Part shown: positions 1 to 11,090 of the stretch, one piece after another
Layout of the letters: each line of letters starts with the position of its first letter
Position numbering within the stretch: the first letter of the stretch is position 1
Source of the DNA: Lama guanicoe
Lineage: Eukaryota
Assembly: GCA_013239625.1 (NCBI GenBank)
Contig: MU054220.1
Span: 4,155,374-4,219,373, forward strand
Reading direction: 5' to 3'
Length of the DNA: 64,000 bases
Program-made: the position numbers and the translations under genes
The notes under the pieces: generated by a model
Seen by the model: the letters and a program-made list of their open reading frames with translations, nothing else
Told to the model about the DNA's origin: nothing
Databases searched by the model: none

Positions 1-446
1 GTCTCACCAAAACAGTCTGCCCATCTTCTCCCGGATGCCCCACACCCAGGCCTGGCAGCCTAGCCAGCAGAGAACAAGACTGACATTTACAAGCCTGTGA
101 TGTGTTAAAGTCAAGTTTGAAGAGACCCAGCAGGAAATGGCTGGGCCCAGGACCAGCCCAGGTGCCATTATAACCCAGCGGACACGTGTAGCACTCTGCC
201 TTGTCCAGATGTCTTCCCTGGCCAGGGCCATTCCCTCCTGGGTCTCTGTCCTTCCTGAAGCCCATCCCAGTGGCTTCAGCTAATCTCTGCTCTTGCTTAT
301 GACCTAGCTGATAAGAGGACACTCCACCCGAGAGACAGGCCCATTTGGAGAGGGGATTCTTAAAGCCCAAAAAACCTTTAAGGCTCACAGCAAGGAAATG
401 ATGATGATGAATGATGGGCAGGCAAGTTGCTTTGGTTCAAGGCCCC

Positions 447-831
447 TGTTAATGGACTGAATTGTGTCCCCACATAATTCGCAGGTTGAAATTCTAACCT
501 CCAGTATCTCAGAATGTGGCAATATATGGAGGGAGGGCCTTTAAAGGGTTGATTAAGGTAAAATAAAGCCATGTGGGTGGGTCCTAATCCAACAGCTGGT
601 GTCCTTAGAAGAAGAGGCAGTTAGGACACAGACATGCACAGAAAGAAGACCACGTTAAGACACAGAGAGAAGATGGTCATCTACAAAAGGAGAGAGGTCA
701 CAGAAGAACCCAATGCTCCCGACACCTTGATCTTAGACTTCCAGCCTCCAGAATTTTGAGAAAATTAATTTCTGCTGTTTAGGTCACCCAGTCTGTGGTC
801 CTTTTTACAGCAGCCCAAGCAAACTTACACA
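447..831 (+). mobile_element. MaLR solo LTR (MLT1B-like) with 5-bp target-site duplication
   Basis: TG...ACA termini; diagnostic MLT1 motifs (GGACTGAATTGTGTCCC, GACACCTTGATCTTAGACTTCCAGCCTCCAGA); GCCCC duplicated at 442-446 and 832-836. Confidence 0.9.
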
Positions 832-1224
832 GCCCCTGTTTAGTCTCCCAACCCTCTGCAAGCAGTGGGCCATTCCCGGGGGAGCTGGTCCCCAGCACAT
901 TTCCAGGGTGCCCCTCCCTGCGAGGAGCGCTGAGGAGACAAGCTCATTTGCCTAATCAAGGCATGCTTCTGAAATTAAATGTATGGCATAAAGTGGTGGC
1001 CATCAGGGGAAAATGCCCAAGATTTAATAAGTGAAAAAATATTATGCAAAAGGGTGCACTGTAAAGCCCACACTATGTTAAAAGTCACCAATGTATTATA
1101 TGTACATACAAATATATTAATAAATTATAATGAACATCCATTCAGCCTTCTCTTGGTAACCATATCCTGATTTTTCTCTGGAAACACTCCTCCCCAGTCT
1201 CCAAGCAGGTACCTTTTGAATCTT

Positions 1225-1448
1225 AGCATAGCTTACACACAGTAAAGTGTAAACATCTTAAGTGTCAATTCAATGCACTTTTACACATATATACACCTGC
1301 ATAATCTCCCCCCACCAAGCCCGATCAAGATACAGAGTATTTCCAACCCTCCTGGAAGACATCCTGTGCTCTCTCTTAGTCAATCCCACCCCCTCAATTC
1401 TAGAGGTAACCACTCTTGTGACTTTCATCACATGGATTTGCTTTTTAC
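1225..1448 (-). mobile_element. Old L1M (L1MC/ME-like) 3'UTR fragment
   Basis: AGTAAAGTGTAAACATCTTAAGTG...GATCAAGATACAGAGTATTTCC...GGTAACCACT, typical of ancient L1 3' ends in antisense. Confidence 0.6.
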
Positions 1449-1790
1449 CAGGCCATGTGCTCCAGGGGAGTCGATTCCATGCCCCGCCCAGCCCCACCCA
1501 GCCCCGCCCCCAGCATGACTCAGGCCTAGCCAATCAGAGCTTCACATCCCCCTAACCACAGTGATTGGTTCAGGGGTTGGCACAAGGAGGAGCAGGGCTG
1601 AAACTGAAAAGCCAGCAGCGGCAGGTACTCCTTTTCATTGTGGTACAGGCAGAATCGTGAGCACTTGGTACCATAGGAAACCCCCCATGGGACCTGGAAA
1701 AAGTCAACAAGGCAGATGATAATGCTGAGAAATAGAGAGAAACTGGGGACACTGAGCCCCACATCAGGCTGCAGCTATGTGAGCCAATAA
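1449..1790. mobile_element. ERVL-type LTR fragment (LTR16/LTR33-like)
   Basis: CATGACTCAGGCCTAGCCAATCAGAGC...CCACAGTGATTGGTTCAGGG motif characteristic of old ERVL LTRs. Confidence 0.45.
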
Positions 1791-2010
1791 TCAAAACAGC
1801 TTATGGCTTTCTTTGCTCTTAGAACAAACACCCAAAAATCTTACCATGGTCTTCACAAAACCCCAGATGCCTCTGCTGCTTCACCATGAACCAGTCCCTC
1901 TGGCCACACTGAGCTCCTCCCTCCTGCCACAGGGCCTTTGCATAGATGTTTCTTCTTCCTTGACTCTTTCTTCCCATATTCACTTACTTAACAGATCCTA
2001 ACTCCATCTT

Positions 2011-2654
2011 TTAAAAAAAGTTCTATTGAAGTGTAGTTGATTTACAATGTTCATTTCAGGAGTACAGCAAAGCAATTCAGTTATACATATACATACATAC
2101 ATATACACACATATATTTTCTGATTCTTTTCCATTATAGCTTATTACAAGAAATTGAATATAGTTTCCTGTGCTATACAGTAGGTCTTTGTTGTTTATTT
2201 TATATATAGTAGTGTGCATCTGTTAATCCCAAATTCCTAATTTACCCCTCCCCCCATTTTCCCCTTTGGTAACCATAGTTTGTTATCTATGTCTGTGAGT
2301 CTATTTCTGTTTTGTAAGTAAAACTTGTATCTTTTTTTTTATTTCACATGATATTTGTCTCTCTCAGTCTGACTTACTTCACTTAATATGATAATATCTA
2401 GATCCATCCATGTTGCTGTATATATATATATATACACACATATACATATATAGATACACACACACGCATACATGTATATATATACACACATGAGATATAT
2501 ATATATCTCACATCTTCTTTATTAACTCATCTGTTGGTGGACACTTAGATTGTTTCTGTGTCTTGGCTATTGTAAATAGTGCTGCTATAAACATTGGGGT
2601 GCATGTGCCTTTTTGAATTAGAGTTTTCTCTGGACATTCCGGGGAGTGGGATTG
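2011..2654 (-). mobile_element. Cetartiodactyl-type L1 3' end (5'-truncated) with internal TA/CA microsatellite
   Basis: TATTGAAGTGTAGTTGATTTACAATG...GTACAGCAAAG...TAGTTTCCTGTGCTATACAGTAGG...CTTGGCTATTGTAAATAGTGCTGC, the artiodactyl L1 3'UTR in antisense. Confidence 0.85.
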
Positions 2655-2740
2655 TTTCCCAGACCTCCTCATGAAAGTCCCTCCTCCCCAGTTTTATACT
2701 TTCATACCTCTATTTTTTTTTTTACTCCATCTTTCTTTTT

Positions 2741-2840
2741 AATTTGTTTTTTTTTTTTAGGGGAGGTACTGGGGATTGAAACTGGGACCTCATGCATGCT
2801 AATCATGTACTCTACCACTGAGCTATACCCCCACCCCCCC
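2741..2840 (-). mobile_element. vic-1-type camelid SINE (tRNA-Ala derived)
   Basis: Reverse complement reads GGGGGTATAGCTCAGTGGTAGAGTACATGATTAGCATGCATGAGGTCCCAGTTTCAATCCCCAGTACCTCC followed by an A-rich tail; A and B boxes present. Confidence 0.85.
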
Positions 2841-2904
2841 ATATCTCTTCTTTTCAATGCAAAACACAGTTGAATTTTTACAATTGTAGAATGATTTCCT
2901 CTCT

Positions 2905-3020
2905 TCCCCCATTCAACTGTGAGTCCCATCAGGGCACAAACGTCATCTGTGTTTATTCACTGTTGCCCTTCCAGTGCCTAGAATAGAACCTGACACTTAG
3001 TAGGTTTGGAAACAAATTGG
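2905..3020 (+). mobile_element. L2 3' end fragment
   Basis: TGTGAGTCCCATCAGGGC...TTCACTGTTGCCCTTCCAGTGCCTAGAATAGAACCTGACACTTAGTAGG. Confidence 0.65.
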
Positions 3021-3994
3021 TATTAACTGTGGTTGGCAGGAGGGGGGCAGGAATAATATTGATATTCACTTTCTAAGTCATGTACATTTCTGTAATGTTC
3101 CACTCCTTCAGAAGTACTTGTTATGTCCTTTTATCATCAGAGCACAAATTGAAGGCTTATTTTTAAAGAATGAAAAATAGTGGTTCTTTTTCCCCCATAA
3201 AAACCCCCTGGCCAGTGGTATTTGATCCAGCATCAAAGTGTGTTTTAAGAAGTGGTCCTTTTAATTTTTTTTCACATTTACATACATACTCCCACGAAAC
3301 AAATAGAATTATTTCCTTTTTCAGTTTTAGTCCCACAGGTTTTTCTAAACCTTTGGTGCTTGCTGCTGTGTGGCTGCCAGGAGCACCTCCAGACAACAGT
3401 ATAAATGAACAAGTAGCCAATGAATATCCACTGGAAGACTCAAAGCAAAGTGAGTTTTCTGTGTTGAGATTTTCCGCCTGTGTACATGTACTCAACGTTG
3501 TGATTTTTACTGCATGCATCTAGGAAGTCATGTCTTCTGCAAGTAAAATAATTCCTGATTTACACAATGGGATTAAATCTTGGTGATCCCTGGAGTTTTT
3601 CCATGAGCTCCAGGACACCCAGGTGCTCAGCACCGGGTCACAGCTGACATGACGCGATGCTCTACCAAAGCCAGAAAGAGTGACCTGGGGCTCAGGGAAC
3701 AGGCCCTGGGTGGGGACTTGGGGCCCAGTCTTGTCGCCCTCTCACTCTGTGATCTTGGGCAGGTACCTCTATCTCTGGGTCTCAGTTTACCCATACTTAA
3801 TAGGGGAAGGAGTTTGATCAGACCAGCAGTTTCCAAGTTGATTTTGGATGGAAACCTTATTTCTTTTTAAACCAAATCAGAAGTTCAGTATCTAAATAGG
3901 TAAAAGCAGAACTGCTCTGTTTGAAATGGAACGAGGGTCTGAGATCTGTCCACGTGTCACTCCTTTCACCTCCCGGACCCCCACCCCCAGCACC

Positions 3995-4108
3995 TGTGTG
4001 TGCACACACACATATGTGCACAGACACTTGCACATGTGTGCACATGCACAGACAAGCATATACACGTGCACGCACACCCACGCTCACACATGCACGCACA
4101 CTTGCACA
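3995..4108. repeat. Degenerate (CA/TG)n low-complexity tract
   Basis: GCACACACACATATGTGCACAGACAC...GCACGCACAC. Confidence 0.7.
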
Positions 4109-4384
4109 GATGCAGCAGCAGCCTGTGGGACATCTCCCCAGAATCCCCAGAGTTCCCAGAAGCGCATTCCCTGGGCCCCAGGGAGCATAGTCGGCAAGTT
4201 GCGGACTAGAGCATCTCTAAACGCCCTCCCTGCTCTGATATGCCACAGAGCCTGATTTGGTTTATTTTGATATTAACTGTGCCTAACTCCTGTCTTTCCC
4301 CAACTGTTTTGTTTTGTTTTTCATTTTCGTTTGTTTTTTTTTGTTTGTGGTTTTTGTTGCTGTTGCTGTTGTTTCGCTAATTCT

Positions 4385-5640
4385 TCAGCAGCTATTTACT
4401 GAGTCAGTGAAAAGGACCATGTGCCAGGCACTAGGCTGGGGATACAGCCACACCCAAGAGAAGGCCCTGTCCTGAAGGAGCTTACAGTCCTTGGGGGAAA
4501 TAAGTATTGAGCCAACAGTGGCACGGATGGCGTGTGACTATGGCAGCAGGTGCTATCAAGAGAAATTCCAAGGTCCTACGAGAACACATAACCCCAGGGC
4601 CAGGCTAAGCAGAGGCAGAGAAGCAGCATTCAATACAGTCATCCCTCTGTATCCATGAGGAACTGGTTTCAGGACCTCTGCAGATATCAAAATCTGTGGA
4701 TGCTCAGGTCCCTTACATACAATGGTATAGTACAGTCAGCCATCTGCATCTGAGGATGTGAAAGCCATGGATGCGGAGTGCCCACTGCAGGAGAGACCTG
4801 AAGGAGGAGGAGGCCAAGGGGAGAGAAAGAACATCAGACAGAAGAAGAAGCGTGTGCAAAGGCCCTGAGGCTGAATCTTAGCACATCCAGGAGCAAATGG
4901 AAGGGCAGGGCCTTGAGTGCATATTAAGGAGGCTGGTCTTTACCCTAAGAGAAATGTGAAGCCCTGAAAGAAGTATGAATCTGGAACTGACATGCATACA
5001 TATAGCAAAATTGATTGAGCTTCTACTGTATGAAGCCACTGTTCTGGATCCCAGAGATAAAACAGTTTAAAGAAAAAAAAAGACAAAAATTTTTGCCCTC
5101 ATGGAGCCTGTCTTAATGGTAGAAGGAGAGACATAATAAAATAAAAACAGGTAAGGTGTCAGATGTAGGACCAGGCAGATCCAGGATTTTGTGGGGCCTG
5201 AAGTTTATACAGTTGGTGGGGAGGAGGGATGGTGGACTCCTTACAAAATAGAATACAAAATTTTAAGTATCAATTTAGGTGTAAGGCCTTGGGACCTGCT
5301 GATGAGGGGCCCATTGGCTTCACTGAGACTCTATCTCTGGTCAAATGATGATCGTGCGAGGAACGAAACTCAAGCATGGGTGGGGGGATATAAGGAGTGT
5401 TAGAGAAGGGGCTGCCATTTGAAATCAGGTAGACAAACAAGGTCTGAGAAGATGACTTCAGGAAAACCTAGAGGAAATAAGGGAGCCACATGGATATTGA
5501 GGGGAAGAGCATTCCAGGCAGAGGGAACAGCATATGCAAAGGTGCTGAGCCCCAAACATGTCTGGAGGAGGCCAGAGCAGAAACTTGAGGGGTAGAGGGG
5601 AGGAGACAGCCTGGGTGGGTAGTGGAGTTCAATGGAATCA
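4385..5640 (-). mobile_element. Cluster of L2 fragments interrupted by DNA-transposon MITEs
   Basis: TGTGCCAGGCACTAGGCTGGGGATACAG, TGCCCTCATGGAGC, AAGAGCATTCCAGGCAGAGGGAACAGCATATGCAAAGG: antisense L2 hallmarks. Confidence 0.7.
4636..4787. mobile_element. MER2-like Tigger (TcMar) MITE, internally deleted
   Basis: TA|CAGTCATCCCTCTGTATCC...GGATGCGGAGTGCCCACTG terminal inverted repeats; internal CAAAATCTGTGGATGCTCAGGTCCCT matches MER2. Confidence 0.75.
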
Positions 5641-6605
5641 GACTGGCGCTTTTCAAGTTCATCCTGGTCACTGTGAGGATCCAAGGGGGACAGGAGCAGA
5701 TGCCTAGAGAGCTGGTGCCAGGCTTATCTCAGGGAGTGATGCTGACCAAGAACCTGAAACAGACAGACACTGGTGCATTTCAAGAGACAATAGACTCCGT
5801 GGGACATCTCAGTGCAGCTCAGATGGTGGCTGGGCAGGAAAAAGGGAAAGGGGGAGCAGGTAAAGAAAGCTAGGAGAGCATGGAGGAGGGGGACAGAAGT
5901 CTTCCAGCAGCATTTTATTCCCACCCCCTGGAGTGAAAGGAAACAAAAATGTTTTTTGACAAGTTAAATTGTGTCCTTCTGTCTGCCAACGTGACTTTCT
6001 CCTCAAACGTTGTTTATCAGCCTCCAATGTGGCAGAGCCCTTTGGATCAGCCACAAAAGGCCTTCTGTGCTCCCACCCCAGTGAACCCCGAGGCCAGTAA
6101 AGCCCCCGTGGGGGAAGCAGCCGATCCTTTTTGAAGAGGGCAAAGCAGTCCTGACGCGGGCGACGCCGTCCGGAACACTGGGGCATTGACCGGGGGCCGG
6201 GGCTGCTCCTCTGCCAGGGAAGGAGGAGGAAGGCGAGGGTGGACGGGATGGGATGTGGGGCTGCCATCCCAGGCTCGTGGTTTTGGTGGCAGAACAGACC
6301 CGGGAATTGAGCGGGGCCACGGCGAGCTAATCAGTGCTGAGTGTGGGGAAGGCAGCCTCCGCCGCAGCCCCGGGCGCTTCTGCTCAGAACAGGCCGCCTT
6401 TCACAACCATTGCACCTTCTGAACAGGCTGTGACGACCGGCCTGGAGAAGCCGCCAGCCGTTCATGTCTTCCAAGGCCGGGGATGTTCCTCACCTTCTCT
6501 GTTCCAGATGGGGAGGGGATCTGGGGAGATTTGGGGTCACGGACCAAGTCAGAGGCAGAGGGGTCTCCCTCAATCCAATCTGTGTAGTATGTTTGGGGCA
6601 GAATA

Positions 6606-6775
6606 GATGGTTCAGCATGGGGCCAGAGACCTGGCTTTGTGTCCCAAGTCTTCCTCTACAAGCTGTGTGACCTTGGGCATGTTACTGACCTCTCTGAGCC
6701 TTCATTTCCTCACCTATCAAACGGGGCTAGTGCTATAATGCCACCTCCCCAGGCAGCAGTGAGGATTAAATAGGT
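6606..6775 (+). mobile_element. MIR SINE
   Basis: AGCTGTGTGACCTTGGGCATGTTACTGACCTCTCTGAGCCTTCATTTCCTC core. Confidence 0.8.
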
Positions 6776-9284
6776 GCCCAGAAGAGAAAGTTGAGTTAAG
6801 TCAGTACATCGAGGCCAATATTATTATTTACAAACCAAAATGCAAAGCTACTAGGCTGACACTCACAGGGACAATGGTGCTGGGGATTTTAAACCCTAGC
6901 TGGAAATCCAGAGCATTCGGGCTCTCTACCAAGACGCCTCAAGCTCTAACACACTGTTCCAAAAACTGAAAACTCAAAGACTGTGGGAACTCTTGTGCCT
7001 GGGAAGGGAAGTCAGGCTCCTCCAGCCCTGGGAAGATGGAAATGGATTGAGGCAGTTCAGAGGCAGGAGCAGACAGGCCCTGGCGGGCACTGGGGACACC
7101 CTTGTGAGGTGACCAAAGACTAGTGTCCACTGCAGGAAGACTGCTGTGCCCACAGAGCAGGGCTCCTTCCAGAGCAAGTCAGGGCAGTTGAGGGCTCCAA
7201 CTCAGAGCTCCTCTCAGGGAAACAGACTTGCCATTAAAACTGACAGCGATGACCACAAGGCCAGCTCCCATCTGGCTTCGAGACGGGCTTATTGAGTGAG
7301 CACGGGGCCAAGCATTGTGCTAACTCGGGAAGAACATGATTAATGAGGCACAGCCCATCTTTGTAGAGCTCACGAAAATATATTCTGACCGCTTCCGTGA
7401 GTTTCTACAAACATTATCCGCTTGGATCCTCAGAACCGCCTTAGAAGGAGGCATGGAGAAACTGGAGTTCAGAGGAGTTAGGAGCAACCCCAGTCACCCA
7501 GTGGGTTCGGGGCAGACCTCAGAGAGGACACCGGCTGCCCGCTCACACCACAGTGTCTGGGCCCCTCAGACTTCCAGCCCTGCCCTCTCTTCATGCTTCT
7601 GCCCCAAATCACCTCTCACATGTCCATGAAAAATCACATCCAGGTGTGTGATTTTTGTGAGAAGTTTGAGGAGTGAGCAGGACTGGTACCATGTCCCTGC
7701 TTCAGGCCTCAGCCACTCGCTGGGGCCAGAACCAGCCCCACCCAGAGGGACACCCCCAAGTGTCTCACACGCGGATCCCACAGGGACCCTGCAGAGGCCT
7801 ACCTCAGAGCCCACAGGCTGCCACTGCCATCAAGCAAGAAAATCAAACCCAACCGTGCCCCCAAACCACAGTGATTTTCTGAACCTTGAAATGAACACAA
7901 ACCTTCCTGATTTCCAGAACCTCAAACCCAGTCAGAGGTTGACACCTCCTGCAGGCACAGACAGCCAACAAACAAAAAACCTCCAGACAGATCCAAGCCC
8001 AAACATATGCTCCCAGAATGGTGTCAGGCCAAACCCAATGCCCCCAAACTTCTGGTCACAGTTTTGAGCTTTTGAATATAAGAAGGAGGGTGCTAAGGAG
8101 TCAAAGCCAGATTGGGTTTGGGGGCAGGGCAGACAGAAGGAAGCCCTGATGTGTTAAGGTGCAAAGACCAGGCTTCTTGCAGCCTCGGGGGTCTGCGGTA
8201 CAGGTGAGGCGGGCCCTTCCCCTAGGAAGCTGCCAGTTACCCACAAAGCCTCTGTGAGGGAAGGAAGGGAGCAGAGAAGGCAGTGAGAAGGGCTGTGGCT
8301 GAGGAGACATCTTCCTGGCCAGGCATGCGGCCACCTCACCACTAAACCCGGGGTGTGGGGCTGGACCTGGGCCACCATCTTGCAGTCCCCACCTCCTGTC
8401 CCTCCAGGTAGCAAAGTGAGTAGAGGTGGGGGTGTGGGGATGCTGGGGGCTTCATCCCAGGTGGCCTGGATGTCCTGCCCTTGAAGACTCCTGCCCCCTG
8501 GAATAGTTGTCTGGGAGACAGAAAGGACATGAATTTGGGCAGTAGGGGAGCATGGGCCCATTAGAGGCTCCTGATGCTGAGGTTAAAGGGACAGCAGGCA
8601 GCCCAGTGCTGTGTGTGTTTCCTGAACACGTTCAGCTCTGCGGGGACAGCACACAGTAGTGGAAGGGAGGTGGGAGCAGGGAGCCCTGGTGATTGAAGCC
8701 ACTGAAGATGAGTCCTTGCATCTCAGAAGCTGGGAGGCTGGGAGGTACGGCCTGGCACACACAGATGTTGCCAGGTGCAGAAATCAGCAAGCCTTTCCCC
8801 AGGATGAGTTGTCTGACTCACGCAGCCAGCACCCTGGTTGAAAGCTGTGTACACCTTGGCCCTAAGTAAGAGGCTAATTCGGGGTTGCCCCTTCCCACAG
8901 GGAACCAAGCTGCTTCCTTGCTGGGACCTACATGGGAAGCTGGAGCTAGGTGGAAGGGGCAGGCACTGGGGACTCAGAGGCCACTGAAGGATGAGCTCCA
9001 GTGCATGGAGGGGGCTAGGGGACAAGACCCACTTCCATGGAGGCAGGAGGCTAAAGGGGGCTTAAATTCACAAGGGTCCCAGAAGTGGGATGGGGCTGGC
9101 AGTCTTGACAACCAAATACCAACTTAGGTCACCTTGGTCAAGGCTCAGCCCTTTCCCGGGGACAACGAGCCATTCTCTTGGTGAGATAACCTTCTGGAAA
9201 GTTCTGGCATAAAGTAGGTGGTGTAGGGCAGGCCACCAGGAGCCAGAGAGGGCTGTGTCCAAGTCCTTATTTTATTCCTGTGTG

Positions 9285-9430
9285 GTTTTTGCAAGTTACA
9301 TAACCTCTCAGTTCCTCAACGTCCCAGTCTGTAAAGTAGGGATAATGAGACATACTTTACAGCACTGGTGTGAGGACTAAATGAGGTCGTGTGTATAAGG
9401 TGCCAGGCACATAGTAGGTGCTATAAATAT
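9285..9430 (+). mobile_element. MIR SINE
   Basis: GCAAGTTACATAACCTCTC...CTGTAAAGTAGGGATAAT...GTGAGGACTAAATGAG. Confidence 0.7.
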
Positions 9431-10254
9431 TTAGGGTCACTCCTGGAGTGGCTGGATGCCGCTCAGCATCCTGAAATGCTTAACCCCCAAAAGAGTGCAG
9501 GCTGCCTCCTCAGTGCATGCTCCAAGCCCCGATGTCTCCACTTTGCCCAGTGCCCAACGCCGGTTTGAAGAGGGTATTGGCCCAGTCACCAGTTTACCCT
9601 AGCTGAGTCCCCCCACGGAAAAACTTGGATAGGTTGGAAAATCCCAACTACAGTTACATTTTCAAACCTTCTCACAATCCAAATGTCAACACCAATCGAA
9701 ACAATATGTTTATTTGCAGACCTTCTGCCAGACCGGATTAATTTCTACAGGCTCAAAGCCCATTTTGGAACTGTAATGTCTCAATTTTACAGATGAGAGG
9801 AGGGAGGGGAGGGAAAAAAGCCTGAACTTTCTTAGCCTTCTTGATTTGGGAAGGTTTCGGGGAGGGAGAGCACCAGGGCAGGTTTTGTGGTCAGCGCTGT
9901 CACCCAGAAGGTCCCATCACCCAGAGACAGCATCTGGGGTCCCCATCACCCCTGCAGCTCCCATCTGCAAACACATCTCTTCTCCTGGCCTGTACCTCAC
10001 AGCTTCCTTCTCACTCTGCTCTTACGGGGTTCAGTAGGGGTCTGGAGGGGTGGCAGGTTGGGGGAGTGGCACTCAGCCAGGGTGGGGAAGATGGAAGCCA
10101 AACAGAGGGATGAAATTTCCCAGGAGCCCCAGGGTTCACATGGGCCCCAGATGAGCTCGGACCTGGTGTGTGGCTTTATAATAAAGAGAAGGATGTCTTG
10201 AGTCCAGACACTGGGCCCTGCTGGCAGAGGGCCCAGCCCTGCCCCAGACGTCTG

Positions 10255-10430
10255 GGCATGTGCTAGGCATTAAGTGGGTGCTTTACCCCATCTGGAATCC
10301 TCACAGCAGCTTGGCAAGGTGGGCATTGCCATTATACCCATTTCACTGATGAGGAAACTGAGGCTTGCCTAAGACCTCCCGCATGCATGTGGCATGTAGT
10401 GGAGTCAGGATCGGAGGCTGGCCTGTCCGA
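10255..10430 (-). mobile_element. MIR SINE
   Basis: CCCATTTCACTGATGAGGAAACTGAGGCT antisense core. Confidence 0.7.
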
Positions 10431-10979
10431 AGATCTTGTTCATTCTAGCCCTGTGAACAGCAGCAATGGAAAAGTGGAAGAGAGGTTTCCTGGGGAAAGC
10501 ACTCTTTGAGGTGGCTTTAAACTCTCTCTACTCCACAGGTGAAGAGGCAGCCCCAGTTCCCCCGGGATGAGAACAGAGGAGGCAGAAGACTGGACTCTTG
10601 AATATTGCTCAGTAGTGTCTGGCACAATTCCCTCTGCTTTCTGTCCAACTCAATCTAGCTGAAAAATAGGTTCAATTTAACCTTCCTTCAGCAGCAGCCG
10701 AATTCTAAGACTATTGTGAGAAATATGCAAAATCACACACATGCAATGGCTGTGAAAACTCCTAACCTTTCCCCAGCTGCAAGCCTCACCTTGTCAGAGC
10801 TCCTATCCATCCTTCAAGAAGCCTGCCCTGCTTTCCCCAAGCTTTTACCATTGGAAAGCATTTCTTTTGTTCTACCTGGTGTCCCATGTAGAGGCTTATA
10901 TGTCTGGAGCCCTCGTGAAAAATCTGTATTAAAGGAATGACTTACGCATGAATATATGTCAGCACCAGGAAGAAGGTAG

Positions 10980-11090
10980 CTTTACTGCCCCCATTTTAGA
11001 GATGAGGAAACTGAGGCTCAGAAAGTTGAACTGACCTGTCTCAGGTCCCAGGGCAATAGCACCTGGTTCAAGGCCCAGGTCTGTTTGACT
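10980..11090 (-). mobile_element. MIR SINE
   Basis: CCCCATTTTAGAGATGAGGAAACTGAGGCTCAGA. Confidence 0.75.

Noticed and set aside
2761..2835. tRNA-Ala-like sequence (also at 27818-27888)
   Set aside because: Mismatched stems and A-rich tails, plus a TSD on the second copy, show these are SINE copies rather than tRNA genes.
3626..3645. REST/NRSE-like TCAGCACCGGGTCACAGC
   Set aside because: Half-site spacing is off by one and the right half is degenerate.
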